64,000 nt of DNA from an uncultured Nitrososphaerales archaeon (GCA_963695855.1 CAVOHZ010000010.1:768001-832000); one strand, 5' to 3'; counted from the stretch's first letter, positions 51,754-61,515 are shown. Numbers and translations are program-made. Notes: generated from the sequence alone by a model not told the origin.

Positions 51754-52548
51754 TCATTTTGTAGATATATTAAATATTTCATCAAGTGTGATCGAGTACG
51801 GTTTTTTACCGCTTACTTTGAACCTAGTTGAGTTTCCCTTGATATCAGCCTCTTGAATAAATCCCAATTTCCTAAAAATAGATAAAGCTATTTTTCCCCT
51901 TTGTCTATTATTACCACAAGCAATTCTATCTTTATCTTGAATATTTTGAAGAATAAACATTCCACCTTTATTTTCATTCGATAGTGAAATAACAGCCCTC
52001 CATAGTCGAGAAATATAAGAATTAGGATCGTTTAGTGATCCCATATAAATAATTTTTGAACCACCAAGAGATTTTGTAATTAACTGAGCAGCAAAATTCA
52101 TCCTGTCTGTTTCTTTGAAATAGATTCTATACACGCTTTGTTTTTTGAATTGCCTACTTTCTTCATTGTCAAACCAATATGCATATCCAGACGGTTCTGA
52201 CAAAAATGGTTGAACGTATTCTTTATTATGTTCTAAATTAATATAATTTACGTTGTTGTGGTCATAATTGATTTTTTCATCTCGCGTTATTTTCTTTTTA
52301 TCATTGACCTTAATAATTTTCTGTGCATCGCCTAACCTTTCGAAATTAACTATGTATTTTCTCTTCTTCCTAGATTCGATCAACATAATGATTCCCTCGT
52401 CTATCAAATCTCTCAGTGCCCTATCTAGGTTAATATCGTAATACTTCCCGATTTCTCTCAAAATTTGGTCATGGTACACGGCATTATGTACTCCCTCTCC
52501 AATTAATTGATAGAGGAACCACTTCTTCCAGCCGTCCACATTCAACAT
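51754..52548 (-). CDS. Hypothetical protein with probable N- and C-terminal winged-helix segments
   Basis: LDRALRDLIDEGII...KRKYIVN and IALSIFRKLGFIQ....NSTRFKV resemble wHTH recognition-helix/wing ends. Confidence 0.7.
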   Translation of the reverse strand: MLNVDGWKKWFLYQLIGEGVHNAVYHDQILREIGKYYDINLDRALRDLIDEGIIMLIESRKKRKYIVNFERLGDAQKIIKVNDKKKITRDEKINYDHNNVNYINLEHNKEYVQPFLSEPSGYAYWFDNEESRQFKKQSVYRIYFKETDRMNFAAQLITKSLGGSKIIYMGSLNDPNSYISRLWRAVISLSNENKGGMFILQNIQDKDRIACGNNRQRGKIALSIFRKLGFIQEADIKGNSTRFKVSGKKPYSITLDEIFNISTK

Positions 52549-52613
52549 TATATAAAAGCTATTTTTCTCGAATATATAAGGATAAACACGTATTATAAAA
52601 ATATTTCAAGATT

Positions 52614-52997
52614 ATGAAATTTATATGTGATGCATATATTTTATCGGTATCATTGAACCAATCACACTCTTATAAACGAAAACGACCCATAGAGAATCTA
52701 TTTAAAAACGATATCGCTCGGGTATTAGATTTGTTTATTTTTAACTCAGAGTTTTCATATTCCACAAAAGAAGTAAGTGATTTAACCGAAATCCCATATC
52801 AAAAAATCCAAAGGATTTTGATAACATTGGTGAAGAAGAAAATAATTTTAGCTAAAAAATCAGGCAACATGAAGAGCTTTTCCATAAACAATAATTCTGA
52901 ACTTTCAAGAGCTCTGATTAAGTTTGTTCATCAATCCGTTAACATGGAAATTGAAAAATTTATTAAAAATTCGCCTGCAATGATAATAAAAAGGTAA
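52614..52997 (+). CDS. Winged-helix DNA-binding protein
   Basis: ARVLDLF....YSTKEVSDLTEI....IQRIL..LV...II....SGN.K.F.IN. Confidence 0.8.
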   Translation: MKFICDAYILSVSLNQSHSYKRKRPIENLFKNDIARVLDLFIFNSEFSYSTKEVSDLTEIPYQKIQRILITLVKKKIILAKKSGNMKSFSINNNSELSRALIKFVHQSVNMEIEKFIKNSPAMIIKR

Positions 52998-53392
52998 TGT
53001 ACTTTTTTCTGAATTGTTACTCTAAAGATGATTTGATAAAGTTTTGCAAATATCCTTTGGGAAAACCAACATAGGCTTAGGTACGATTGACGATGGGGTA
53101 AAATAATGAAGTCGTATCCCTTTCAGAATTTTATAAGAAAATTTTCTTTAATGCCTTTTTTGTAAAATCTCATATAATAATTCCAGTAAAAAGCTGAGGT
53201 ATAAAGTATGAAATTTAGTAAGATTGATTTTATAAGAATTTTGACATGACATTATTATTATTTTATGATTACCTTTACTAAACATAATTGATATCTGGAT
53301 TAATTTAGCGCACTTGTGTAATTTACGAATCTCAAATTTATATATTGACGATTTTTAAATTGGTTTAATTATGAGGAATTTCTAGTAAAGAT

Positions 53393-53569
53393 ATGCCCCT
53401 TATCACAGTATCTATGTATCCAGGAAGATCGGAAGATCAAAAAAAAGAATTTGCAAAAGAGGTTACGGATATGGCGGTAAAAATTCTCAAAACAAAAGTG
53501 GAACATGTTATTGTAGTTTTTGATGAGAATCCAAAAGAAAATTGGTATTTGTCAGGAAAAAACCTCTGA
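53393..53569 (+). CDS. 4-oxalocrotonate tautomerase family protein, 58 aa (not in the ORF track)
   Basis: Hand translation MPLITVSMYPGRSEDQKKEFAKEVTDMAVKILKTKVEHVIVVFDENPKENWYLSGKNL*; catalytic Pro after Met, GRS.EQK and ENW..G. Confidence 0.92.
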   Translation: MPLITVSMYPGRSEDQKKEFAKEVTDMAVKILKTKVEHVIVVFDENPKENWYLSGKNL

Positions 53570-53624
53570 TATTAAATAATCGATAAAAAATATTTTTTCT
53601 ATAATAGTCTTTATTTGATTTATC

Positions 53625-54596
53625 TCATTCCTGTGTTTCGTGTATTTTTTCGATATGTTCTAATCCTGGTAAAGCCTTTATTTCTTTACATCTTTTTCTC
53701 AATGAAACTGTAGAAATGTCAGCTACTTGACATATCTCAACTTGTCTAATGAATTCGTCACATATTTGAGATGCCAAATATATCACTGCGCCTGCAATTG
53801 CTCTTGGGTTTTTTCCTATCGATATTCCCCTTTGTTCTACATGACCAAAGATTTGTAATGCTTCCCTTTTGGTTTTCTCACTAAGTTTTAGTCTATTAGA
53901 TATTATTGTAACATAATCTGGACCTTTCGTTGCAGGAATATTAAGATCTAATTCATTTAAAATCAATTTATAATGAGACATCAATTCCTTGCTGGTTATG
54001 TTACAAATTTCAGATACATCGAGAATAGTTTTTGGCGTTGAAGCTTCTCTACATGCCGCATACAATGAAGCTCCGACTAATCCAATTGTCGATCGCCCTT
54101 TTGCCAATTTTTTCACAGCTGCTTTTCTATATATGTATGCAGCGCTTTCAATAACCGCTTGATTAAGACATAATTTATCACCAAAGTTATTCAGATATTT
54201 TAGAGCTTTTTCTAGATTTCTTGATACAGAATCACTTAATTGAGATCTGCTGTTCCATGTACGGAGTCTCTGAATCTCCATTCTTTGTTTTGGTTGTAAT
54301 ACTTTGCCTCTTGCGTCAGTGTCACCCATTCCTATCAAAGTTGACAATCCTTTATGATGAACTGCTAATGATTCTGGCATTCCGGTTCTGAACCTGTCAT
54401 TAAAATCTGATTGCATAATATAGCCCTGAATAGTTTCATTGTTTAGAGAATCATTACTTAAAACATAACCACAAGATGAACAAACAAATTCGTTTGCAGA
54501 ATTATCAAAGATAATGGCATCTTTCTGACAATTTTCACAATATGCCGGATTATTTGGATTTGGCTTCGTAGGTTCCTCTTGCTTCTTGTATTCCAC
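53625..54596 (-). CDS. tfb: Transcription initiation factor IIB paralogue
   Basis: Zn ribbon CENC...CSSCG, RTG.P, GLST.I, RLR.W, RNL..A, GRS...GASLYAACR and GKNP. Confidence 0.95.
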   Translation of the reverse strand: MEYKKQEEPTKPNPNNPAYCENCQKDAIIFDNSANEFVCSSCGYVLSNDSLNNETIQGYIMQSDFNDRFRTGMPESLAVHHKGLSTLIGMGDTDARGKVLQPKQRMEIQRLRTWNSRSQLSDSVSRNLEKALKYLNNFGDKLCLNQAVIESAAYIYRKAAVKKLAKGRSTIGLVGASLYAACREASTPKTILDVSEICNITSKELMSHYKLILNELDLNIPATKGPDYVTIISNRLKLSEKTKREALQIFGHVEQRGISIGKNPRAIAGAVIYLASQICDEFIRQVEICQVADISTVSLRKRCKEIKALPGLEHIEKIHETQE

Positions 54597-54921
54597 TAAG
54601 TTTTTATAGTATGCAATTATTTTATTTATACGTTTTCTAGAAATTCGATAAACAACGAATGTTACTAACTATATTAAGAAATGTCTTGATAATATAGATT
54701 TAAGTAATAATCTCTAATGAATATATATTATATTTTAAAGAAATCTAACTTTTATTAATAATAATGTAGGCGTTTTATTTTATTTATGAATAATGCTAAT
54801 TTTTGTTATGTATTTTTTTTATATAACAACGATCAATTAATTTTCTTCCCAGCTACCCTCGTATTCCAACACAACGTTAATCAAACCCTGTATCCATGAA
54901 TCATTTTGAAAGAACGTTTTT

Positions 54922-54995
54922 GCCTTGATAGCTCAGCCTGGTAGAGCGTTTCCTTGGTAAGGAAAAGGTCGCGGGATCGAATCCCGCTCAGGGCT
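54922..54995 (+). tRNA. tRNA-Thr (anticodon GGT), no intron, CCA not encoded
   Basis: Acceptor stem GCCTTGA/TCAGGGC, anticodon arm TTTCC-TTGGTAA-GGAAA, T arm GCGGG-ATCGAAT-CCCGC. Confidence 0.95.
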
Positions 54996-55119
54996 GTAAT
55001 ACCTTCAGATACTATTAGAAAAAAAATGAATTAATGGAAGGGTTAACTAGTGTAAAGTATCTTTAATTTTTGCAAATACTAATCCTCAAAATAAGAAATT
55101 ATATTATCTTTTATTATTT

Positions 55120-55803
55120 CTAATTAAATCTTGTTTCCATCTTATTAAACTCTTCTTCAGTTAGTACTCCTTCTTCCTTCAGGTTTGCAAGTTTCTGTAA
55201 TTCATCTGCAATGGAGACCGATTGATTGAGTGCAGTTACATCTTCTTTATGATCCTCACCTTCAGGAGATTTTTGCTTTTTTGAAGGGGCTATTCTTCGG
55301 CTATCTTTCATACCTGAACGAATTATTTCCAACAAATTTTCTGCCTTGTCTTTTGGAATAGCTTCGATTATACCTGATTGATCATCTTCACCTTCAATAA
55401 AGCCATCCATCATTCCTAATTTGGTTGAGCTCATTAATCCAACAGCTTTAAACCTTATTGTAGATGATAGCAATCCTTTTTCAAGCTTTAAACTTGTAAT
55501 TATATCGTAAGTGATATCAACTACATCTGTCTTTATCCCAAGCATATGTGGGTTCCGGATTATGATTCTTCTGTCTGTTGCAAAGATGGTATTGGGTGTA
55601 AAATAAGAGCCTCCTGGCTTTATTTTTGACTGTCTTGCAACAAGTAAGACTTTTTCGTCTGGATTTAACATCCCCCTTATTTTATTGACTTCTAAATCAT
55701 TCTCATTTATAATTGGTTTTTTGATATATTGAGAATATTTTTTATCTTCTTCTTTGTTGCTGCCGGACCCAGAAGGCATATTATAAAATATCTCTGAGGA
55801 CAT
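55120..55803 (-). CDS. Bacterial-type PH domain protein with C-terminal SHOCT domain (last helix apparently frameshifted)
   Basis: LNPDEKVLLVARQ...IFATDRRIII (bPH) and SIADELQKLANLKEEGVLTEEEF (SHOCT); removing one G gives the expected ending MKQDLIRNNKR*. Confidence 0.82.
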   Translation of the reverse strand: MSSEIFYNMPSGSGSNKEEDKKYSQYIKKPIINENDLEVNKIRGMLNPDEKVLLVARQSKIKPGGSYFTPNTIFATDRRIIIRNPHMLGIKTDVVDITYDIITSLKLEKGLLSSTIRFKAVGLMSSTKLGMMDGFIEGEDDQSGIIEAIPKDKAENLLEIIRSGMKDSRRIAPSKKQKSPEGEDHKEDVTALNQSVSIADELQKLANLKEEGVLTEEEFNKMETRFN

Positions 55804-56180
55804 ATTATTTAAAAATTAGTTGTAATAATTCCCAATTTGTGTAACTATATCTCAATTAAATTATAGAATTCAAACGGTCAATTTGCTTCTGAATATCTCA
55901 CTGTTCCTGATACATGTAAAATCATTCAATCTTTTATGGTAGATGAAACCCATATTCCAGAGGGAACCTCATTTACCATATATGTTATCCGCTGTTATGA
56001 CACTGTTTCTGATGCAGTAGGGATTCATTTCTTCGTTTTTAATGGATATTCAAAAAAATATACTATTTTCTATTATAGAACAAAATAGATTTTGAAAATT
56101 TTGAAAATGTTCTTCATGTTGCATACTACTACCCGCAATAATAACATGAGTGGCAGAAGATTTATAATAAATATTTTTAG

Positions 56181-56679
56181 TTAATTTGTTGCTTCTTCTA
56201 CTTGTTCCTGAATTCCTTGTGCAGGTTCTGCAGAGGTATTATTATGTTTCTCTCTTTCATTTACAATATCTAACATCGCTTGTCTGCCTCTCTCTTTTTT
56301 TGATTTATAGTATTCTTCGGTTTCATCAACCCTCATGTTAACAATATCCACGAAGCGGACACTATCATGTTCAAATTGATGTATTATATGCGTTAATTCC
56401 TCGATGGTTGGACGTGGCTCTGTATATAAAAAATCGAGTACAGATATCAGTATTTACGAGATATCTATTTCCAAACATTTCAGCTATCTTAATCATTCCA
56501 TCCAGTCTGCGTACACGATAACGAAGGGCTTTTTCATGCCTTGACATTCTAGTAGAATCCCATTTTGGATGTTTGCATTTTGAACAGCGTCTGGGCCTGG
56601 GTTTCTCCCTACGGCTTATCCACTTGTAACCGCATCTCTCACATTCGTATTCTACTGCTTCTATTATTCTTTGAGGCAT
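56181..56679 (-). pseudogene. Zn-ribbon protein gene with a +1 frameshift
   Basis: N-terminal YECERCGYKW...PRRCSKCKHPKWD; removing one base from the A run at 56428-56433 extends the frame through FLYTEPRPTIEEL...EEATN* to a stop at 56181. Confidence 0.7.
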
Positions 56680-56692
56680 TTAGCTACTGACT

Positions 56693-56735
56693 AAACTTTA
56701 CTAATGGTAAAGTATCTTTACTAATAGTAAAGTTT
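56693..56735. promoter_or_regulatory. Two tandem 17-bp palindromes, putative operator
   Basis: CTTTACTAATGGTAAAG (56696-56712) and CTTTACTAATAGTAAAG (56716-56732), 20 bp apart, 17-53 bp upstream of the Zn-ribbon start codon. Confidence 0.7.
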
Positions 56736-56751
56736 GAAGAAAGGCCATACT

Positions 56752-56892
56752 TCATTTCTGTGGTTGTTGTTTGCCTTTATTATCATAGAAGTTTAGCAAC
56801 GTTTCGATAACATCCTCATAAGCCTTCCCAATGCACCCATATTTTGAAAGTCTAACTAGTGTTTCAGATTTTAATCGAACTATAATAGGAAA
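56752..56892 (-). pseudogene. Ribbon-helix-helix-like small regulator remnant, no start codon found
   Basis: Hand translation PIIVRLKSETLVRLSKYGCIGKAYEDVIETLLNFYDNKGKQQPQK*, with the strand-helix-G-x-x-x-Y-(E/D)-D-V-I-x-x-L-L pattern of archaeal RHH proteins. Confidence 0.6.
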
Positions 56893-57144
56893 GTGAGCGA
56901 GAAAAATAAAAAATATAATATTATTTAATATACCTAAAAAATGGTAATTAACTTAATCTCAAACGGTAGCACTTATTCTACTCATCTTTGTCCTTAGGAT
57001 TTTAGCAAATATATTTCCACCAGGTAATTTTTTATAAAATACTTCCAAATCTACCTTAACTTACTAATCTATTTCAAAATAAAAATGAACTAGAAAACTT
57101 AATTAACTAACTTGTCTAATGCCATACGAGTCAGTTAATTCCAG

Positions 57145-60100
57145 ATGTATTTCAATATCAATGGAAATAAAATTAAGAAAATGATGTTATTACTTACTTT
57201 CTTTACATTCCTTTCAATTTCAGTAATTACATTATTTATAATGATAACAATAACATCTAGTCTCTTTGTATATGCAGTAGAAGAGAATAATGTGTTAGAA
57301 GATAAAAAAGGTATACAAAACAACATCGATAATAACAATATCAATACTATTACCAATAACAAAACAAAAGAAATTGAGAAACTGCTTGATACTGCGATAG
57401 AATACTTTCGTTCTTATGATAACAACAAAGCCATAACATATCTCGACAGGGTACTGGCTATAGATGGAAGCAATACAGATGCGCTATTAAACAAAGGACT
57501 AGTACTTTTCTACCTTGGAAAACCACAACAGGCAATAACCTACTTTGACAAGGTGCTTGTTATAGATGGAAACTATACAAGTGCGCTATACAACAAAGGA
57601 CTAGCAATCTCAGAGCTTGGAAACCCAAAGGAGGCAATAACCTACTATGACAAGGTACTGGCTATAGATGGAAACTATACAAAAGCACTAAACAATAAAG
57701 GAGTAGCACTTTCTGACCTTGGAAAACCACAACAGGCAATAACCTACTATGACAAGGTGCTTGTTATAGATGGAAACTATACAGATGCGCTATACAACAA
57801 AGCAGTAGCACTTTCTGACCTTGGAAAACCACAACAGGCAATAACCTACTATGACAAGGTGCTTGTTATAGATGGAAACTATACAGATGCGCTATACAAC
57901 AAAGGAGTAGCACTTTCTGACCTTGGAAAACCACAACAGGCAATAACCTACTATGACAAGGTGCTTGTTATAGATGGAAACTATACAGATGCGCTATACA
58001 ACAAAGCAGTAGCACTTTCTGACCTTGGAAAACCACAACAGGCAATAACCTACTATGACAAGGTGCTTGTTATAGATGGAAACTATACAAGTGCGCTATA
58101 CAACAAAGGACTAGCAATCTCAGAGCTTGGAAACCCAAAGGAGGCAATAACCTACTATGACAAGGTACTGGCTATAGATGGAAACTATACAAAAGCACTA
58201 AACAATAAAGGAGTAGCACTTTCTGACCTTGGAAAACCACAACAGGCAATAACCTACTATGACAAGGTGCTTGTTATAGATGGAAACTATACAGATGCGC
58301 TATACAACAAAGCAGTAGCACTTTCTGACCTTGGAAAACCACAACAGGCAATAACCTACTATGACAAGGTGCTTGCTATAGATGGAAACTATACAGATGC
58401 GCTATACAACAAAGGAGTAGCACTTTCTGACCTTGGAAAACCACAACAGGCAATAACCTACTATGACAAGGTGCTTGTTATAGATGGAAACTATACAGAT
58501 GCGCTATACAACAAAGCAGTAGCACTTTCTGACCTTGGAAACCCAAAGGAGGCAATAACCTACTTTGACAAGGTACTTGCTATAGATGGAAACGATACAG
58601 ATGCGCTATACAACAAAGGGAGTATATTCTATGTCCTTGGACAATACCAAGAGGCAATAACCTACTTTGACAAGGTACTGGCTATTGATGGAAACTATAC
58701 AAAAGCACTAAACAATAAAGGAGTAGTACTTTCTGACCTTGGAAAACCACAACAGGCAATAACCTACTATGACAAGGTGCTTGTTATAGATGGAAACTAT
58801 ACAAAAGCACTAAACAATAAAGGAGTAGCACTTTCTGACCTTGGAAACCCAAAGGAGGCAATAACCTACTTTGACAAGGTACTTGCTATAGATGGAAACG
58901 ATACAGATGCGCTATACAACAAAGGGAGTATATTCTATGTCCTTGGACAATACCAAGAGGCAATAACCTACTTTGACAAGGTACTGGCTATTGATGGAAA
59001 CTATACAAAAGCACTAAACAATAAAGGAGTAGTACTTTCTGACCTTGGAAAACCACAACAGGCAATAACCTACTATGACAAGGTGCTTGTTATAGATGGA
59101 AACTATACAAAAGCACTAAACAATAAAGGACTAGCACTTTCTGACCTTGGACAATACAAGGAGGCGATAGAGTACTATGACAGGGCATTGGCTATTGATG
59201 GAAACGATAAAACGCTACTAAGCAACAAAGGATTTGCACTCTACCATCTTGGAAAATACGAGGAGGCATTAACATATTTTGATAGGGCATTGGTTATAGA
59301 TGCAAACAACACCTATGTACTAAGCAACAAAGGACAGATACTTTCAGACCTTGGAAAACCACAGGAGGCATTAACATATTTTGATAGGGCACTTGCTATA
59401 GACAAGAACTTTACATTGGCGCTAAACAACAAAGGATTTGCACTCTACCATCTTGGAAAATACGAGGAGGCATTAACATATTTTGATAGGGCATTGGTTA
59501 TAGATGCAAACAACACCTATGTACTAAGCAACAAAGGACAGATACTTTCAGACCTTGGAAAACCACAGGAGGCATTAACATATTTTGATAGGGCACTTGC
59601 TATAGACAAGAACTTTACATTGGCGCTAAACAACAAAGGATTTGCACTCTACCATCTTGGAAAATACGAGGAGGCATTAACATATTTTGATAGGGCATTG
59701 GTTATAGATGCAAACAACACCTATGTACTAAGCAACAAAGGACAGATACTTTCAGACCTTGGAAAACCACAGGAGGCATTAACATATTTTGATAGGGCAC
59801 TGGCTATTTATGCAAACAACACCTATGTACTAAACAACAAAGCACTTGCACTCTACTCCCTTGGAAAATACGAGGAGTCAATTGTCTCCCTAGATAAAGC
59901 ACTAGTTATTTCTCCAAATGATCTTGTAATAATATCTAACAAAGGACTATTATTGGTTGAACTCGAGGATACCGATCAGGCACTTAAACTGGTTGACTCA
60001 ATTTTAGAAGAAAATCCAGATGATAAACGTCTATTATGTGTGTTTAAAAAAGCATATGAAAAGTCAGGTAATGAAGAATCTGCTGAATATTATGAAGAAA

Positions 60101-60177
60101 AAATTAATGCGCTAGATCCTTCCTATGAATGTAAATTGATAGAAACTCTTGGTAGTGAAAAAGAAGCATTTAACTGA
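57145..60177 (+). CDS. Exported or membrane-tethered TPR solenoid protein with about 26 TPRs
   Basis: N-terminal hydrophobic segment ending VYA, Asn-rich linker, then 34-aa repeats ALxNKGxAL..LG....AI.YYDK.L.ID.N. Confidence 0.93.
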   Translation: MYFNINGNKIKKMMLLLTFFTFLSISVITLFIMITITSSLFVYAVEENNVLEDKKGIQNNIDNNNINTITNNKTKEIEKLLDTAIEYFRSYDNNKAITYLDRVLAIDGSNTDALLNKGLVLFYLGKPQQAITYFDKVLVIDGNYTSALYNKGLAISELGNPKEAITYYDKVLAIDGNYTKALNNKGVALSDLGKPQQAITYYDKVLVIDGNYTDALYNKAVALSDLGKPQQAITYYDKVLVIDGNYTDALYNKGVALSDLGKPQQAITYYDKVLVIDGNYTDALYNKAVALSDLGKPQQAITYYDKVLVIDGNYTSALYNKGLAISELGNPKEAITYYDKVLAIDGNYTKALNNKGVALSDLGKPQQAITYYDKVLVIDGNYTDALYNKAVALSDLGKPQQAITYYDKVLAIDGNYTDALYNKGVALSDLGKPQQAITYYDKVLVIDGNYTDALYNKAVALSDLGNPKEAITYFDKVLAIDGNDTDALYNKGSIFYVLGQYQEAITYFDKVLAIDGNYTKALNNKGVVLSDLGKPQQAITYYDKVLVIDGNYTKALNNKGVALSDLGNPKEAITYFDKVLAIDGNDTDALYNKGSIFYVLGQYQEAITYFDKVLAIDGNYTKALNNKGVVLSDLGKPQQAITYYDKVLVIDGNYTKALNNKGLALSDLGQYKEAIEYYDRALAIDGNDKTLLSNKGFALYHLGKYEEALTYFDRALVIDANNTYVLSNKGQILSDLGKPQEALTYFDRALAIDKNFTLALNNKGFALYHLGKYEEALTYFDRALVIDANNTYVLSNKGQILSDLGKPQEALTYFDRALAIDKNFTLALNNKGFALYHLGKYEEALTYFDRALVIDANNTYVLSNKGQILSDLGKPQEALTYFDRALAIYANNTYVLNNKALALYSLGKYEESIVSLDKALVISPNDLVIISNKGLLLVELEDTDQALKLVDSILEENPDDKRLLCVFKKAYEKSGNEESAEYYEEKINALDPSYECKLIETLGSEKEAFN
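57481..59850 (+). repeat. Near-identical 102-bp tandem repeats organised in 510-, 306- and 204-bp higher-order blocks
   Basis: Matching variants recur at 57583/58093 (510 bp), 58603/58909 (306 bp) and 59224/59428/59632 (204 bp). Confidence 0.95.
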
Positions 60178-60255
60178 ATAAATATCATCCTAAGTTTGTA
60201 AAAATAAAAGTAAACTTATTTAAAAAGCAAAATTACTATTAGGTTAAGCGGTTCT

Positions 60256-61515
60256 TTGGTAAAATTACAAAATGTTTTGTATCTGGTCTTATTTTTAATA
60301 ATTCCCTTTATTACTTTTTTCCAAGATGATGATGCTATCGCTTTTTCTCCTACATATGAAAGACAGGAAATCATAGATCTTAATGATGATTGGAAATTTT
60401 GGTCTTTTGATAAGGATATTAAAACAGAGACAATATATGGAAAAAACAATGAACGAATACAGATTCCCGTTGGAAATGAAGATACTTGTAAACTCGAAAT
60501 AGGAAATCCCCCCGAAATCAGATCTGTTAGTTACATGAGTAATGGTGAGAGGTTAGATTCAACCATCTGGTTATCATCAAAACTTAATGAAATAGACCTG
60601 GTTGAAAATAAAATAGACATAGAAAATTACGAAAAAGATGCATTCAAGCCTTTATGGAAAAAAGTAAAATATACTGTTGCTATAGACATTAATTCTGTAT
60701 TTAATCAGGGAACAGATTACAGGATAGAATTTTTATATGATAAGATAAATTCTACTGTTCCAAAATGGACACAAGTTATTTATGAACTCTCTGCTTTCGG
60801 AGGAGAAAAAATAATTTCAACAAAAGTATATGATAAATTTCCATATATCAATAAAAATTTTATCGAGTTTTCAATTGATTTAAACAAAATTAGTAATCCA
60901 ACCAATTACAAACTATTGTTCTATGTTACAAATAACTATGTCAAAAATGGTACATATTGTAGAACTATAGATTATACAAATTGGGTTTTGTCTCCTCCAC
61001 CAAATTTCAATTTAGTCGTTTTTGACAATCCCATTTCAATGAATCCTGGTGAAGAGAAGGATGTCCTTGTAAACGTAGTTGGTAAAACTGGATTACAAGC
61101 AGAAGCAGAACTAACAATAAACAAAACTGATCCTGATGTTAGCCTAAATTTTCTTTCAAAAAACGTTACAATAACTTCGATAAACAATGGTAGTTCTCTT
61201 TTGCATATCAATGTGTCCAAGTCAAAATTTTTTGAAAAACCTAAACAAATAGTATTTCCAATATTAGCAAATATTTCATTTACACCTACCATAAAAGAAC
61301 AGGGCAGTGATATATTTTATAATAATAAAACTACTTTTTTAACTGAAACGATTGATTTAACGCTAAACATAGAAAGATCCCTCACATTTTTTGAAGAAGT
61401 AGAGGAAAAAATCAGTTTTCTCAGACCAATAGAGGAAACATGGGGTATATTAGCACTGATAGGTGCCGCGCTTTTATCTTTGATATATTTAATAAAGAAA
61501 AAAAAGAAAAAGTAG
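60256..61515 (+). CDS. Exported beta-rich protein with signal peptide, C-terminal membrane anchor and poly-Lys tail
   Basis: Signal ending AIA-F; several N-X-S/T sequons; C-terminal WGILALIGAALLSLIYLIKKKKKK. Confidence 0.85.
   Translation: MVKLQNVLYLVLFLIIPFITFFQDDDAIAFSPTYERQEIIDLNDDWKFWSFDKDIKTETIYGKNNERIQIPVGNEDTCKLEIGNPPEIRSVSYMSNGERLDSTIWLSSKLNEIDLVENKIDIENYEKDAFKPLWKKVKYTVAIDINSVFNQGTDYRIEFLYDKINSTVPKWTQVIYELSAFGGEKIISTKVYDKFPYINKNFIEFSIDLNKISNPTNYKLLFYVTNNYVKNGTYCRTIDYTNWVLSPPPNFNLVVFDNPISMNPGEEKDVLVNVVGKTGLQAEAELTINKTDPDVSLNFLSKNVTITSINNGSSLLHINVSKSKFFEKPKQIVFPILANISFTPTIKEQGSDIFYNNKTTFLTETIDLTLNIERSLTFFEEVEEKISFLRPIEETWGILALIGAALLSLIYLIKKKKKK

Noticed and set aside
53085-53115. Hammerhead ribozyme core
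   Set aside because: TTGACGA and GAAG deviate from the required CUGANGA and GAAA, and stem II does not form.
55850-56160. Possible gene remnant and mini-ORB-like TTCCAGAGGGAAC at ~55955
   Set aside because: Frames are interrupted and unassignable; a single short match far from cdc6 is expected by chance.
57481-59850. Possible CRISPR array
   Set aside because: Units are contiguous 102-bp in-frame coding repeats with no unique spacers, and no cas genes are present.
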